Shown here: piece by piece, positions 17,209 through 25,096 of the stretch | How the letters are laid out: each line of letters begins with the position of its first letter | Position numbering within the stretch: position 1 is the first letter of the stretch | From: a virus | Lineage: Duplodnaviria; Caudoviricetes | DNA length: 29,811 nt | Reading direction: 5' to 3' (one strand) | IMG/VR virus record: IMGVR_UViG_3300049436_000085 | Coordinates: 1 to 29,811 of that record | Position numbers and translations under genes: made by a program | Notes under the pieces: model-generated | Database searches by the model: none | Told to the model about the DNA's origin: nothing | Seen by the model: the letters and a program-made list of their open reading frames with translations, nothing else

Positions 17209-18825
17209 TCAGGCCGCGGCCGAGCGTGATTGCTCGGTTGTCGCGCCTGTTTCGATGATGTTGCCGGCGACGTCGATGGCCTTCGAAGCCGCTTCCTGCT
17301 GAGCCTGGGCGGCCATTGCAGCGTGCTGCTCGGCCCGCAACTGTTCGTTGCTCTTGATCACGCCGGGCTCGTCAATGCCCTGCAGGCGGGCAAGGACGTC
17401 CATGGTGACGCCGACGTCGATCTTGGCGATGGCGGCGTCGCCGAACTCCTTCGCGACCTGAGCGAACGTGACCAGCTTCGCGGCCCTCTGGGCTCGTGCG
17501 ATGGCGGCTAGCCCCGTAAGGGCTTTGATTTCGACGGTGTGCTTTGGAAGCGGAAGGACAAGCTTGTCCTTCTCGAGCTGATGCATCATGCGGCGAATGA
17601 GCGGGACCTGTTGATCGTCTGCGATCGGGGCGTAGACACCTCCGAGAGCGCCATCGAGCTGATTCACGATCGTCTGCCACGCCACAGGCGACCGGCCTGA
17701 CTCTCCGGACGGCGCGACTTCCGATTCGATGAGCATCGCCAGCCCAAGGTCTTTGCGCTTGGTCTCGCGGGTGTCGTAAACGACTTGGAAGTCGGCGAGC
17801 TTGTCAACTTTGAGGAAGGCCGCATCCTGCACCTGGCCGTTGACGACCCGTGCACGGAACACTTTGCCGGTGGGCTTGAGGAAGTCGTCCTCCTGAAGCT
17901 GACTGGCGTAATCCAAGCAAGGGTGCATCCGCGAGGCAGCCGCGGCGAAGTCGAGCATCCGCTCATCGAGCGTGTCGAGGCTTTGGAAGTCGCCGAGATT
18001 CTGTTCGACGAACCCGCGGCCGTAATGCTCACCCGGAGAGAGTTCGAACGGCGTACAGAAGAACGGAGAGACGTCTTCCTCACTCGTGTTGATGACGAAG
18101 CCGTTGAGTTCCTGCTCGATGACCCACTTTCGGGAGAGCGGCTGATACTCGATACCGGTGTCGATGTCCATCAGGCGCGTTGAGACCGGCTTTGACTGGA
18201 GATCGGCCCACTTCAGCTTGGCCTCCTCCACGGTCTTCTGGGACAAGGAAAGCGGGTCGATTGACTCGCGAATCCCGTGACGAAGGACGTCGCCTGCGGA
18301 GTCGCGGACGGTCGTGTACTGATCCCGGCGGAACACCTTAAGGCGGTAGTCGTCGGTCAGTTGCTCGAGCGTGTCACCCGTAATGAGCAGTTGGGACAGG
18401 CTCATCCGTTTCTTGGAGCGGAAGCCCGCGCGGTGGCGGTAGGCGCCACCGTCCTTCTGGAGATTCGCTGCCTCAAGCTTGGAGACGATGATGAGCGACT
18501 GCAGAAACAGGATGTGCTCGGCCCGCTGGATCTCCGTGGGCGAAATGCTCGGGTCGTGCTTGATATTCGCCGCAGGTTCCAGAGAGAACCAGAGGAAGTC
18601 GGGCGGATAGAGCGCGAGGAGGGTTTTGCCCTCCAGATTCGTCATGCCGCGGGCACCGAGCGATTGAAACGACTGGGGGAGCTTCGCGTCCGCGGTCTGT
18701 CCCAGAGGAGGGAGCACCCACGGCTTGGTCAGGGCGGCGCAGTCCCGGGCGCGCTGAATAACAGCCTCTCGGGTGCCCGCTTCGGCGTCAAACGCGCGAC
18801 GGAGCCGGCTTGGGCCTCTTTTCAT
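17209..18825 (-). CDS. Portal / head-tail connector (T7 gp8-like)
   Basis: QSLGARGMTNL...LALYPP..WF, RDSAG, GEHYGRGFVE...GDFQSL, LGGVY, TGL.A..R. Confidence 0.95.
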   Translation of the reverse strand: MKRGPSRLRRAFDAEAGTREAVIQRARDCAALTKPWVLPPLGQTADAKLPQSFQSLGARGMTNLEGKTLLALYPPDFLWFSLEPAANIKHDPSISPTEIQRAEHILFLQSLIIVSKLEAANLQKDGGAYRHRAGFRSKKRMSLSQLLITGDTLEQLTDDYRLKVFRRDQYTTVRDSAGDVLRHGIRESIDPLSLSQKTVEEAKLKWADLQSKPVSTRLMDIDTGIEYQPLSRKWVIEQELNGFVINTSEEDVSPFFCTPFELSPGEHYGRGFVEQNLGDFQSLDTLDERMLDFAAAASRMHPCLDYASQLQEDDFLKPTGKVFRARVVNGQVQDAAFLKVDKLADFQVVYDTRETKRKDLGLAMLIESEVAPSGESGRSPVAWQTIVNQLDGALGGVYAPIADDQQVPLIRRMMHQLEKDKLVLPLPKHTVEIKALTGLAAIARAQRAAKLVTFAQVAKEFGDAAIAKIDVGVTMDVLARLQGIDEPGVIKSNEQLRAEQHAAMAAQAQQEAASKAIDVAGNIIETGATTEQSRSAAA

Positions 18826-19022
18826 TGGTTCGGTGGAACGATCATCACGCCGCTCGGCGTCTGGGGTGTGTGGACCGCGGGGTCGATGATCAGGTCGGAC
18901 TCGTCGATCCGCCGATTGCGTTTGTCCCGGGCCACCCTGGCGATGTCATTTGGGTCGACCGGCGCGGGTGCGACGGGCACAGCCGGGGAGTCGGGTGACG
19001 GAGAGGTGAAGATGTCAGCCAT
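18822..19022 (-). CDS. Small Pro-rich virion protein upstream of portal (gp6.7/7.3 position)
   Basis: Overlapping start/stop coupling on both sides; synteny. Confidence 0.65.
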   Translation of the reverse strand: MADIFTSPSPDSPAVPVAPAPVDPNDIARVARDKRNRRIDESDLIIDPAVHTPQTPSGVMIVPPNQ

Positions 19023-19227
19023 TCGGCTTGGTCTCCCTCACGATCTGAGCGATGGCGTTCTGGATGTCCTGAAGCACGGAGTTGCGGCCAGCGTCATACA
19101 TCAGCCGAAGCCTGGCCTCTTCGTCCGCGAGACTCAACGCAGTCTGGACAACCGCAGGCGGACACGACAGAGCGAGAGCCTCCTCCACCGCCTTGAGCAC
19201 GGGGAGCGGTACATCTCGCAAAGTCAT
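19015..19227 (-). CDS. Small conserved podoviral protein upstream of portal
   Basis: LMYDAGRNSVL resembles the AGQRSVV-type motif of small pre-portal genes; AAGGA RBS. Confidence 0.65.
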   Translation of the reverse strand: MTLRDVPLPVLKAVEEALALSCPPAVVQTALSLADEEARLRLMYDAGRNSVLQDIQNAIAQIVRETKPNG

Positions 19228-19666
19228 GGATGTGGTGTCCTTCCGAACGGAGCCAGTCGAAAAGCTGCTGGGGTGACGCCATCCGACCGGGCACTGCGAC
19301 GCCGCAGTGTCGGAGGCACTCGACGATCTCGGTGACGCAGTTGCGGGCCGGGAACAGCCCGCGTGTGGCCCACCGGAGGATGGTGGGGAGGGTTGGCGGG
19401 GGGCGGAGCCGCCTGGGAGATTCGTGCACCGACCAGCGAGGGGCGGTCGTCACGGGCACCTCCACGGCCCACAGGATCGGCCGGTCGCTGGTCACATACG
19501 GCGCGAACGGATGGAAACGATTGCCTTCGAGGGTGGGGTCGAGGACTACATCGGAGTCTCCAATCGTGACGTGGGAAAGCGGCGAGCGGGTTGCGGCCGC
19601 AATCAGCCGGCCTTGCCAGCTTCGGGGGCTGGCGAAGAACACCAGCGTTCGGGTACCGCTTCCCAT
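19094..19666 (-). CDS. Permuted papain-like NlpC/P60 (YaeF/YiiX-like) peptidase/amidase
   Basis: GRLIAAATRSPLSHV (His) precedes NCVTEIVECL...G...SP..L (Cys). Confidence 0.7.
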   Translation of the reverse strand: MGSGTRTLVFFASPRSWQGRLIAAATRSPLSHVTIGDSDVVLDPTLEGNRFHPFAPYVTSDRPILWAVEVPVTTAPRWSVHESPRRLRPPPTLPTILRWATRGLFPARNCVTEIVECLRHCGVAVPGRMASPQQLFDWLRSEGHHIHDFARCTAPRAQGGGGGSRSVVSACGCPDCVESRGRRGQASADV

Positions 19667-19685
19667 TCATGGTGTGGCCGATACA

Positions 19686-19717
19686 CGAACGATCCAGAGT
19701 CAGTCCAGAATCGTTCG
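19686..19717. promoter_or_regulatory. Late-operon upstream element
   Basis: ATCCAGAGTCAGTCCAGA (19692-19709) is identical to 25019-25036; flanked by the inverted repeat CGAACGAT/ATCGTTCG. Confidence 0.6.
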
Positions 19718-19839
19718 CATCCCCCATCCAGAGGGGGCGAAAGGTCTCCATTGAGAACTGTGATAGGCTTTGCAGCTCCCGAACTGAAGTCCGGTTGGGA
19801 GGTAGATTCAAACGCGAAGCTCGTCAAAGAGGGTTTTCA

Positions 19840-20049
19840 ATGAACGCCAAAGATCACGCCTTTCCGCTCTCCATCGATAGTCATGGTGCTCAGATTCGCG
19901 AGTTTGGTTTGACCCAGCGCGATTACGTTGCAATCGCAGCGATGCAGGCGCTGATTATCGCGGACAAAGCCACTGTTGATCTACCAAAGGTTGCGGAGAA
20001 GGCCTATGCCATGGCGGATACGATGTTGAGCATGTCATCGAAGAAGTAG
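19840..20049 (+). CDS. Conserved small phage protein (AFP...GLT.RDY.A..AMQ...AY.MAD.ML family)
   Basis: Recognisable widespread motif; AGAGGG RBS before ATG 19840. Confidence 0.85.
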   Translation: MNAKDHAFPLSIDSHGAQIREFGLTQRDYVAIAAMQALIIADKATVDLPKVAEKAYAMADTMLSMSSKK

Positions 20050-20186
20050 CTGCACGGTTGAAACCGCAATCCCGTGGTGAGGGCGCACCGACCCCGTGGC
20101 CGGTGGTCAATCCCGCGGAGCCGGTATGACCGCCCACGCATTTGGTTCCGGCTGCGCGGGTTTCACCCGGCCGGGAGCTTGGAGCA

Positions 20187-20211
20187 TCAGGTGCTAACGG
20201 TTAGCACCTGA
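20187..20211. repeat. 25-bp palindrome TCAGGTGCTAAC-G-GTTAGCACCTGA, copy 3
   Basis: Perfect 12-bp arms read directly from the sequence. Confidence 0.9.
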
Positions 20212-20411
20212 CGGACCCGGTTCAGTACGTCGGCACACCACTGGGTCTGGGCTCTACGGCACCGCGGCCAGAGCCGCCGCGGCCACCGGGCGCGGATGCC
20301 GCCGCGCCGTCGGTTGTCCCGCCTACGGAGCCGCGGGTCGATGCTGTCCGGGTGTCGCGCACGACTGATCCGCCCGGCCGGCGTGCCCAATGCGGGCGAT
20401 GTCGGAGGCGG

Positions 20412-20753
20412 TCAGATGTCGCTGATCTCCCACCCCTTCTCCTTCGTCCACCGCGCAAGCTTGAACGGATGCGGGTACATCTCGGCCGCGATCTTCAGCT
20501 TCAGGATGGCGTCCTCTCGCTCGAATCCGCCCTTGACCTCATGGAACTCGAGGACGTCGTCCAACCTGACGACGTGAAAGTCCGGCGTATACCGGGTGTC
20601 GTCGGCGAGGCGAAAGGTGTAGCGCTGGAAGCCGAATCCCTTGATGCGGCCAGCGCGGAAGTCCAGCTCCAGCCGATCCCAATACCGCTGCTCGGTCTTG
20701 TTGGGGGCGTGCTTCGGCTGTCGCCGCTGAGTCTTGAGCACGAGGCGGGTCAC
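20412..20753 (-). CDS. PD-(D/E)XK endonuclease (DUF1064 / endonuclease I-like)
   Basis: NKTEQRY...RYTPDF...EFHEVKG; GTG at 20753 overlaps the RNAP-remnant stop (GTGA). Confidence 0.85.
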   Translation of the reverse strand: MTRLVLKTQRRQPKHAPNKTEQRYWDRLELDFRAGRIKGFGFQRYTFRLADDTRYTPDFHVVRLDDVLEFHEVKGGFEREDAILKLKIAAEMYPHPFKLARWTKEKGWEISDI

Positions 20754-20848
20754 GAGAAGAAGTACCTCGCTTTGAGGACTTCGCGGATGTCGAAGTCGCC
20801 TTGTGGCGGCGGCTCGGGGAACTCGACGCCCGGGTAGCGGCGGCGCCA
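20750..20848 (-). pseudogene. C-terminal remnant of a T7-type single-subunit RNA polymerase
   Basis: Frame not in the ORF track reads WRRRYPGVEFPEPPPQGDFDIREVLKARYFFS*, the characteristic P..G.(F/L)D...VL.S.YFF(S/A/N) terminus of phage/mitochondrial RNAPs. Confidence 0.85.
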
Positions 20849-21356
20849 CGGAGTCGTAGATCTGGCCGAGAGCCTCCTCGTCCGCCCGGTCGGGCGTGGC
20901 GGTCACTCCGACGTGCTGACACTTGGGATTCTGGGCGAAGTAGTCGTAGATCCTGCGGTAGCTGCTCGCGGTTGCATGGTGGGCCTCGTCGGTGACGATG
21001 AGGGTGAAGTCCTCGGGTCGGAACTTATGGAGTCGCTTGTCGGACAACAGCGTCTGCACAGAGGCGACGACAACGCCGGCGCGGCGGAACATATGGACGT
21101 CCGCGTGACGGTCCGCCATCTCGATGTCGGGAACCTCACCCGTGACGGCTTGGATCTTGGCCGCGGCTTGATCGATGAGTTCCTCGCGGTGGGCGACGAC
21201 CAGGGCGCGGCCGCGGGAGCCGAATTGCTTGATGATGTGGGCGAAGACAACGGTCTTCCCGCAACCGGTCGGGAGCACGATGAGAGACGATCGCTTCATC
21301 TCCAGTTCGGCGAGGGTGGCGTCTACCGCCTTCTGCTGGTAATCGCGGAGGATCAC
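20846..21356 (-). pseudogene. SF2 DEAD/DEAH helicase, N-terminal domain only
   Basis: LRDYQ, PTGCGKT, AHREELIDQ, DEAHH and TATP present; motifs IV-VI absent after IYDSVA. Confidence 0.85.
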
Positions 21357-22177
21357 TCGCGTCCCCCCTTCTCGATGAAGGTGCGGGCGCGGGTCACCTT
21401 GGCCATGAGATCGTTCGATCCGCCCGTGTCGGGATGCGCACGACGGGCGGCGCGGCGATAGGTGAGCTCGGGATCGTCGACAACCGCTTCGATCATGCTG
21501 CTGCTGATCGAGGCCTCAGGCGCAGCGGTAGTGAGCAGGAACATCGCAGCCTCGTCGACAGTCGCGAACTCGGTGGCGGGAGGGAGCGCGGCGAATCCGC
21601 GATACTGCTCGCCGCTTCGAGTAGCGCCGTACTCGTCGATGAGACGGAGCCGCTGAAGCGTCAGTCCGATCGCCCGTAGGTTCTCCTCCATCGTGCGGAA
21701 GGTGGCGCAGGTGAAGGCCATGGGACCGTGCTTGCAGACGAATGAGAGGAACCCATCCCGCGGGTTGTTCCAGTCGTTGTCAAAGAACTTCTTGCAGACG
21801 TATTCCTGAGCGAGGACGTCGAACCCGCCGATCGCGTCGAGAATCACCGTCTTGCGGCCCTGCTGGTCGACGATGAGCGAGTCGAGCCACTCGAGCAGTT
21901 CGGGATGGCTGTTGATGTGGACGGCGGGAATGGCCGGCACCGTGCCGGCGGAGAGCAGCGTCTCGTACCCGTTTTCGCCGCGAGCCATGAGGATGACGGG
22001 ATCGGGGGCATTGACGGCGGTGCTGGTCTTTCCGAACTTCTCGCCGGCGTAGAACACGATGCGCGGGCACGGCGCCTTCGGCTTGGCGACGACCAGTTTG
22101 CGGGTGAGTGGTGGCGTGTCGTCGCTGGGCGGCGGTCCGCTGGCTGGTTTGGCGTTGATCGGTCGGGGTGGGGGCAT
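21353..22177 (-). CDS. In-frame chimera: Sak4-like AAA_24 ATPase N-half plus phage J-domain protein C-half
   Basis: YAGEKFGKTS and KTVILDAIG, then NLRAIGLTL..LR.ID.YG...GEQYRGFAALP and AHPDTGGS; junction near GFLSF (~21745). Confidence 0.75.
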   Translation of the reverse strand: MPPPRPINAKPASGPPPSDDTPPLTRKLVVAKPKAPCPRIVFYAGEKFGKTSTAVNAPDPVILMARGENGYETLLSAGTVPAIPAVHINSHPELLEWLDSLIVDQQGRKTVILDAIGGFDVLAQEYVCKKFFDNDWNNPRDGFLSFVCKHGPMAFTCATFRTMEENLRAIGLTLQRLRLIDEYGATRSGEQYRGFAALPPATEFATVDEAAMFLLTTAAPEASISSSMIEAVVDDPELTYRRAARRAHPDTGGSNDLMAKVTRARTFIEKGGRE

Positions 22178-22179
22178 GG

Positions 22180-23295
22180 TCAATCTCCGGAAGTGAGTTC
22201 GGGGTGGATGTCCTCGACGCGCGTGAAGCCGGCGGGCACCGTCTTGGAGGCGTCGACGCCATTGGTGCAAATGTCGAAGTAGGTGCACTTGCCGAACATC
22301 AGGCACGCCGCGGCGTTGCGGAAGTGGCGTCCGGTCTTCTGTGCTTCGCGGAGCTGCTGTTGGATCTGCCACAGCTCTTCGTCGAACTCCGCAAGGTCGG
22401 AATCGAGTCGCGGGATCTCCTGGCGTGCGAAGTAGAACGTCGGCCGTTCGGCGATGTCGGCGCGGAGCCGTTCGCCGAACTCCTCCGGCGTCTCCACGCG
22501 ACTCAATAGCGTCCAGCCCTTCGCCGAGTCGGCGGACTGGCGAGGCTTGCCGTTCTCGTTGTAGACCCGGTTGCCCTCGGGATCGACGACGACCTTGATG
22601 CCGTCCTTGTCCAGCAGCGGAACCTGTTTCGGCGCAATCTTGGGTTTGCGGAGGACGTCGTAGAGCACCGTCTCGACGGCGTGGCCGCGATGGCGGGCGG
22701 CCTTGACGTAGCCGGAGATCTGCGAGTCGATACGGAGCCGCTTCCAATAGTCGGAGTCGGCATCGATGTCATCGCCCGTGGTCTTGTGTTCCATCACCGC
22801 GAGGCGGCCGTCAGCGAGTGTCACGACCTTGTCGGTCTTGCCCGCGGCCTTGAACAGCGGGGTGACGGCACCCGTATCCGGATTGCGGATCGGCATGGTG
22901 TATCCCGATTCGCTTTCGATGATGACGTCGGGCGTGATCTCGGGAGCATGCTGACCCTCTTCCCAGTACCGGAAGTAGCCGCGGAGCAACTCCTGCACCG
23001 TGACGCGCTCGACAAGCCAGTCGGCGATCTGCTCTTCCGTCTTCGCCCAGCCGGGAACGACCTCGTAGCCGATGACGGCGTGCATGATCGCGTCGTCGAT
23101 GCGCTCGCCCTTGGCGCGAAGTTCGAGACCCAGGTGCACCGCGCCGCCCATGCGGAGGGGTTGGGCGTCGACTTCACGACGGATGCCGAGCTCGTAGGCG
23201 ATGTAGTGTTTGCGCGGGCAAGTGCGATAGGTGCTCAGCCGGGAGTGGGTGAGCAGCTCGCGGCCGGTGAGTTGGGGGAGAGGGATCGTGGTCAT
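22180..23295 (-). CDS. RecB/Cas4-like PD-(D/E)XK exonuclease
   Basis: S...Y..CPRK, G..VH..LE, GKTD...EHKT, Q...Y, and C....C.Y..IC Fe-S-type cysteines. Confidence 0.9.
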   Translation of the reverse strand: MTTIPLPQLTGRELLTHSRLSTYRTCPRKHYIAYELGIRREVDAQPLRMGGAVHLGLELRAKGERIDDAIMHAVIGYEVVPGWAKTEEQIADWLVERVTVQELLRGYFRYWEEGQHAPEITPDVIIESESGYTMPIRNPDTGAVTPLFKAAGKTDKVVTLADGRLAVMEHKTTGDDIDADSDYWKRLRIDSQISGYVKAARHRGHAVETVLYDVLRKPKIAPKQVPLLDKDGIKVVVDPEGNRVYNENGKPRQSADSAKGWTLLSRVETPEEFGERLRADIAERPTFYFARQEIPRLDSDLAEFDEELWQIQQQLREAQKTGRHFRNAAACLMFGKCTYFDICTNGVDASKTVPAGFTRVEDIHPELTSGD

Positions 23296-23468
23296 GGATG
23301 CATGGTCCTGTTGAGTCGAGCCTGTGCCGCGTCACGTCGCTTGCGGGCCTGACGCTGTTCGGCGGATTCGGTGCGGTCGGCGTTGAGCCGTTCGATGGCC
23401 TTCTCGCGGCACGATGCACACCGCTTGCCGTAGACCGCGAGGCCGTTCTTGCAGTCGGTGCATTTCAT
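23292..23468 (-). CDS. Small Cys4 zinc-finger-like protein (58 aa)
   Basis: CTDC...CASC; GGAGG RBS; ATGA coupling at both ends. Confidence 0.65.
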   Translation of the reverse strand: MKCTDCKNGLAVYGKRCASCREKAIERLNADRTESAEQRQARKRRDAAQARLNRTMHP

Positions 23469-23578
23469 TCCCGGTCCTCCCGATGGCGGTCGCACCACAT
23501 CGCCCAGACAAGGCGAGGTGGCGGGATGAGTGCGAGGAGATCGCGCAGCGCCTGTGCGGCGCGTTGAATCGCGTTCAT
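23465..23578 (-). CDS. Hypothetical 37-aa peptide
   Basis: MNAIQRAAQALRDLLALIPPPRLVWAMWCDRHREDRE; stop overlaps the next ATG. Confidence 0.5.
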   Translation of the reverse strand: MNAIQRAAQALRDLLALIPPPRLVWAMWCDRHREDRE

Positions 23579-23599
23579 GGTGGAACACCCCTGGTTGAA

Positions 23600-23674
23600 T
23601 AGCGGGGGAGGGATTTGAACCCTCGACCTCTCGGGTTATGAGCCCGATGCTCTACCGGACTGAGCTACCCCGCG
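23600..23674 (-). tRNA. tRNA-fMet(CAT), initiator type
   Basis: CGCGGGG-TA-GCTC...GAGC, anticodon arm TCGGG-CTCATAA-CCCGA with three G-C pairs, T arm GAGGG-TTCAAAT-CCCTC, unpaired C1:U72, A73; CCA not encoded. Confidence 0.93.
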
Positions 23675-23723
23675 ATGTAAACCCGACGACGGACGGTCCG
23701 TGTGTCCGCCGCGGTGGAAGCTC

Positions 23724-23951
23724 TCAGGCAGCGGATGCGGAACGGCGGCGGGACTTGGGCGTAGATTCGGGAAGCGGCTTCAGCGACGAAGTGCGTTGTG
23801 ACTCGCTCAGCAGCTCCCAGCCAGACACGAGCATGTCGATTGCTCGAGCAATCGAGACGTCGTAGGTTCTGGCGATGGTCGCTACTCTCTGGTATGCGGC
23901 GGGCCGGATCTTCACGCTCTCGCCGTACCGGTTTGTGGTCTGGGTTGGCAT
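23724..23951 (-). CDS. Cro-position regulator, ribbon-helix-helix-like (75 aa)
   Basis: SVKIRPAAYQRVATIARTYDVSIARAIDML is a strand-helix-helix pattern; divergent from the repressor. Confidence 0.65.
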   Translation of the reverse strand: MPTQTTNRYGESVKIRPAAYQRVATIARTYDVSIARAIDMLVSGWELLSESQRTSSLKPLPESTPKSRRRSASAA

Positions 23952-24104
23952 GGGCGGAAGATTACCATTCTCGGTGCACCTGGCAACCACAAAGAGCCAC
24001 AAAATGACAAAACGGGACAAGGCTTACCGCACAAGCCTCGTGTTGAAACGGACTTGTGGACTTTTCCACATCGAAAATGTGGTAGTTTGTGGTACTATTG
24101 TGGC
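23952..24104. promoter_or_regulatory. Divergent lysis/lysogeny switch
   Basis: Leftward TTGCCA-16-TAATCT (23986-23959); rightward extended -10 TGG-TACTAT (24093-24098); seven TGTGG/CCACA boxes, many 10 bp apart. Confidence 0.75.
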
Positions 24105-24782
24105 ATGACAGCCATCGGCGATGCCATCAAGCGATTGCGGGAGGAGCGTGGCTGGAATCAGCGGGACCTCGCGGAGCGAATGACGGCCGCCGGGTTCAAG
24201 CTCGATTACAGCAACTTGGCGAAGCGAGAGCGTGGTGAGATCAAGCGGATCCTCCCTCCCGAGCGACGGGTATACGCCCAGGTCTTTGGAATGAAACTCG
24301 AGGAGTTTGAGGCCACTTGGCGGGCGTCGAAGATCGAACAGACTAACGGCGGCGGAGCCGGGATCCCCGTGATCAATCGCGCGCCCGCCGGCACGATCGT
24401 CGATTACGAGGAGTACGGCATCGACTCTGGGCAGGGGCATGAGTACATCGAGCGTGGTGGAATCGACGATCCCCTCGCGTTTGCGGTGATTGTCGTCGGC
24501 GCCAGCATGGAACCGGCACTGTTCGAAGGCGACTACGTGATCTTCTCCCCGGTCGCGCGGGTGCCGAAGCCGCGGGCGGAGCTGAAGCCTGGTGCCGTGT
24601 GCTTCGTCCGCACTTCGCCAGAAGTGAAGGGATGCGGCTGCTGTATCGCGAGGTTTAAGGGCACGGACGGGAAGGCGCTCGACTTCACCAAGGACAACAA
24701 AAAGCACAAGGGATTCAGCGTCAGTCGCGAGCACATTGAGCAGCTCGCGGTGGCGGTGGAGCGAAGGACGAAGCGCCTGTGA
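24105..24782 (+). CDS. CI/LexA-like repressor (XRE HTH + S24 domain)
   Basis: IKRLREERGWNQRDLAE HTH, IPV...APAG cleavage-site region, V.GASMEP...EGD.V catalytic Ser motif. Confidence 0.92.
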   Translation: MTAIGDAIKRLREERGWNQRDLAERMTAAGFKLDYSNLAKRERGEIKRILPPERRVYAQVFGMKLEEFEATWRASKIEQTNGGGAGIPVINRAPAGTIVDYEEYGIDSGQGHEYIERGGIDDPLAFAVIVVGASMEPALFEGDYVIFSPVARVPKPRAELKPGAVCFVRTSPEVKGCGCCIARFKGTDGKALDFTKDNKKHKGFSVSREHIEQLAVAVERRTKRL

Positions 24783-24991
24783 AGCCTCCCGAAGACTGGA
24801 AGGAAGTTCATCACCGGGAATCGCGATCGCTCGCCTGGAAGTGGCTGGGCGGTGGGGTTGCGGCCTTCGTGCTGGCGGGCTTGGTCACCAGCGGCAGTCA
24901 TGGAGGCGCTGCCGGTCCCATGGCGGCGGGACTCGCGTTGGTTGTAGGCGGAATTTGGTGTTTGATCAAAGCTGGTTTGTCTCTAGGCTGA
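24779..24991 (+). CDS. Small two-TM membrane protein cotranscribed with the repressor
   Basis: GTGA coupling; two hydrophobic segments. Confidence 0.6.
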   Translation: MKPPEDWKEVHHRESRSLAWKWLGGGVAAFVLAGLVTSGSHGGAAGPMAAGLALVVGGIWCLIKAGLSLG

Positions 24992-25096
24992 AATCTAGGC
25001 AAACCCACTCCGGATCCAATCCAGAGTCAGTCCAGACCCGTTCCGGATCCTCGCTGGGGACTTCCAGAGACGTTCCGGAGACAATCCAGAATCGTT
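24982..25096. repeat. att-arm repeats of the prophage
   Basis: TCTAGGC at 24982 and 24994 (12-bp period); TCCAGA boxes at 25020, 25031, 25073 and 25085. Confidence 0.6.

Noticed and set aside
4678-19335. Many long plus-strand and alternate-frame ORFs over the structural genes
   Set aside because: Shadow ORFs typical of high-GC DNA, overlapping well-supported genes and lacking motifs.
20412-21356. Single 314-aa helicase-nuclease fusion in the ORF track
   Set aside because: The middle is an out-of-frame RNAP remnant and the nuclease has its own coupled GTG start; the continuous frame is best explained by the deletion.
22180-23295. Cas4 as evidence of a CRISPR system
   Set aside because: No repeat-spacer array or other cas genes; it sits in a phage recombination module next to Sak4.
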